Assembly (NCBI GenBank): GCA_964016885.1
Contig: OZ024762.1
Location: forward strand, 28,148,001 to 28,212,000
Direction of reading: 5' to 3'
Source: Eledone cirrhosa
Taxonomy: Eukaryota
DNA: 64,000 nucleotides
Under the pieces are notes generated by a model, which saw only the letters and a program-made list of their open reading frames with translations, searched no databases and had not been told where the DNA came from. The position numbers and the translations under genes were made by a program. Of the stretch, positions 62,150 through 64,000 are shown in pieces (position 1 is the stretch's first letter; every line of letters begins with the position of its first letter).

Positions 62150-64000
62150 TATCATCATCATCATCATCGTTTTACGTCCGTTCTTCCACGCTAGCATGGG
62201 TTAGACGGGTTGTCCTGTTGTGGGCAGTGTCTGGTCGGCTGACCATGCCTTGCTCATACAGGAACTGATTTGGCTTGATTTCTACAGCTGGATGCCCTTC
62301 CTAACACAACCTCATTTACAGTGAGTGCTGGGTGCTTTTTCGTGGCGCCTACACGTCCACTTTACAGTGTGGGCTGGGTGCTTTTTTGCCGTGGCACCTC
62401 CACGACCACCTTGCAGTGGGAGGGTGTGGGGGCATATTGTCTATATGCTTCAGCTTGTACCCATGGGAGGTCGGGTACCCTGTATTACTGCGTGACGCCA
62501 GAGGTCACGGTCATGTGTCATTGCCTTTGAGAGGTGTAATTGGGTAAGGTCGGCTTTTATCACCTCATCCCAGGTCATCTTGGGTCTCCCCACTCCGCGG
62601 TTTCCATCGACTTCTAGTGCTCTGCACCTTTTTATGCAGCTGTCATCCTTCATACGCATCACATGTCCATACCAGCACAACCGCCTCTCCTGCACACAGC
62701 ATTTGATTCCTCTTATGCTCAGTCTCTCTCTCAATTCATTTATGCTTTGTCGTTCACGTATATTACTGTTACACATCCATCGGAGCATGCAGGCTTCGTT
62801 TCTCTCTAATCTACGTAAGTCTTCCACCTTCAGCGCCCAGGTCTCACTACCATGCAACATTGCTGTTCGGATACACGCATCATACAGTCTGCCTTTCATT
62901 CTGAGGGAGAAGCCTTTTGCAGCTAGCAGTGGTAGTAGTTCCCTAAACTTCTTCCATCCCATTCTTACCCTAGTTATTGTACTTCTGAACACCCACCTCT
63001 GCTGCTAATTCGGTCACCTAGGTAGCAGAAGCTGTCTACTGTTTCTACAGAGCCCTCCCAGAGATTGGTGGTACTTGTTTCCTGTGGCTGTTTGCTGTGT
63101 GCGAGGTCATCAGCATACAGGAGTTACCATGGGCATCCGGTCTTAAACACCTCCGTTATTGCCTACAGGACTATGATGAACAGGAGGGGGCTAAGAACAG
63201 AGCCCTGGTGGACCCCAACCTGTACGCTAAATTCCTCGCTATACTCATTGCTAATCCTAACTTTGCTGACTGCTCCCCTATACATGGCTTGTACCGCTTT
63301 CACATGCCATTCATCTACTCCTAGTTTTCTAAGAGCCCACCAGATTACAGCACATGGAACTCTGTCAAAGCCTTTCTCAAGGTCGATAAATGTCAAGTAG
63401 AGTGGCTTACTTTTAGCTAGGTACTTTTCCTGTAACTGCCTCACAAGGAAGAGGGCATCAGTGGTGCCTCTTCCTGGTACAAACCCAAATTGCATCTTGT
63501 CTATTTTCACCCGGTCCCTAATCAACTGTGCTATAACTCTTTCTGTTACTTTCATGACCTGGTCCATCAACTTTATACCTCTATAGTTTCCTCTATCTAG
63601 TACATCGCCTTTACCTTTGTAGCAGTTGACAATGATGCTACTGCACCAATCTTTTGGTATGACACCTTCTAGTATTACCTGGTTAACAATACGTGTGGTT
63701 ATAGTGTGACCTACAGACCCAGATACCTTCAGCATCTCGGCAGCTATACCCGATGGACCGGTTGCCTTCCCCATCTTCATATCTTTGATTGCCTTACTTA
63801 CTACGTTGCTGCTGACTTGTACTGTTGGTCCCTCTATAGGGTCTACTTGGGGTAGGGTCTCTTCTTCCCATGCATTCTCCTCATTTAGTAATCTATCATA
63901 ATGACTCTTCCATGCATCTTTCTTCTCAGCACTTGTGAGGGCAAGCTCAACTTTATCATTCCGGATACACTTCTCTCCAATGACATCACAACTATCTCTG
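62150..64000 (-). mobile_element. RTE LINE (RT to 3' end, internal deletion of the finger region); continues past window edge
   Basis: GKATGPSG, NYRGIKL, QFGFVPG, DLEKGFD, GVHQGSVLSPLLF, YADD, GRPKMTW; (GAT)n tail. Confidence 0.93.

Overview
AT-rich, repeat-dense animal genomic DNA. The tRNA-SINE, RTE-LINE and microsatellite landscape suggests an octopod cephalopod (inference). The whole window lies inside one + strand gene, DNAJC13/RME-8. Twenty-six internal coding exons (290-61580) were reconstructed by hand with GT-AG junctions and compatible phases; they cover the IWN repeats, the GYF_2 domain and the HPD J-domain. The introns contain RTE LINE fragments, two Penelope-like elements (PLEs), a pogo transposon, a DD37D/maT transposon, a piggyBac relic with MITEs, a non-autonomous Gypsy LTR element (tRNA-Trp PBS, CATA TSD), a Helitron, SINE clusters and a ~5 kb 35-bp minisatellite. 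The most striking unexplained structure is a set of three long foldback elements with apparently unrelated arm sequences (0.5-1 kb inverted arms), plus a deleted fourth copy. All sit in (TA)n. Each of the three full elements carries an outward-facing type I hammerhead ribozyme motif near the end of both arms and a one-sided tail with a shared motif. All alignments and folds were done by eye.
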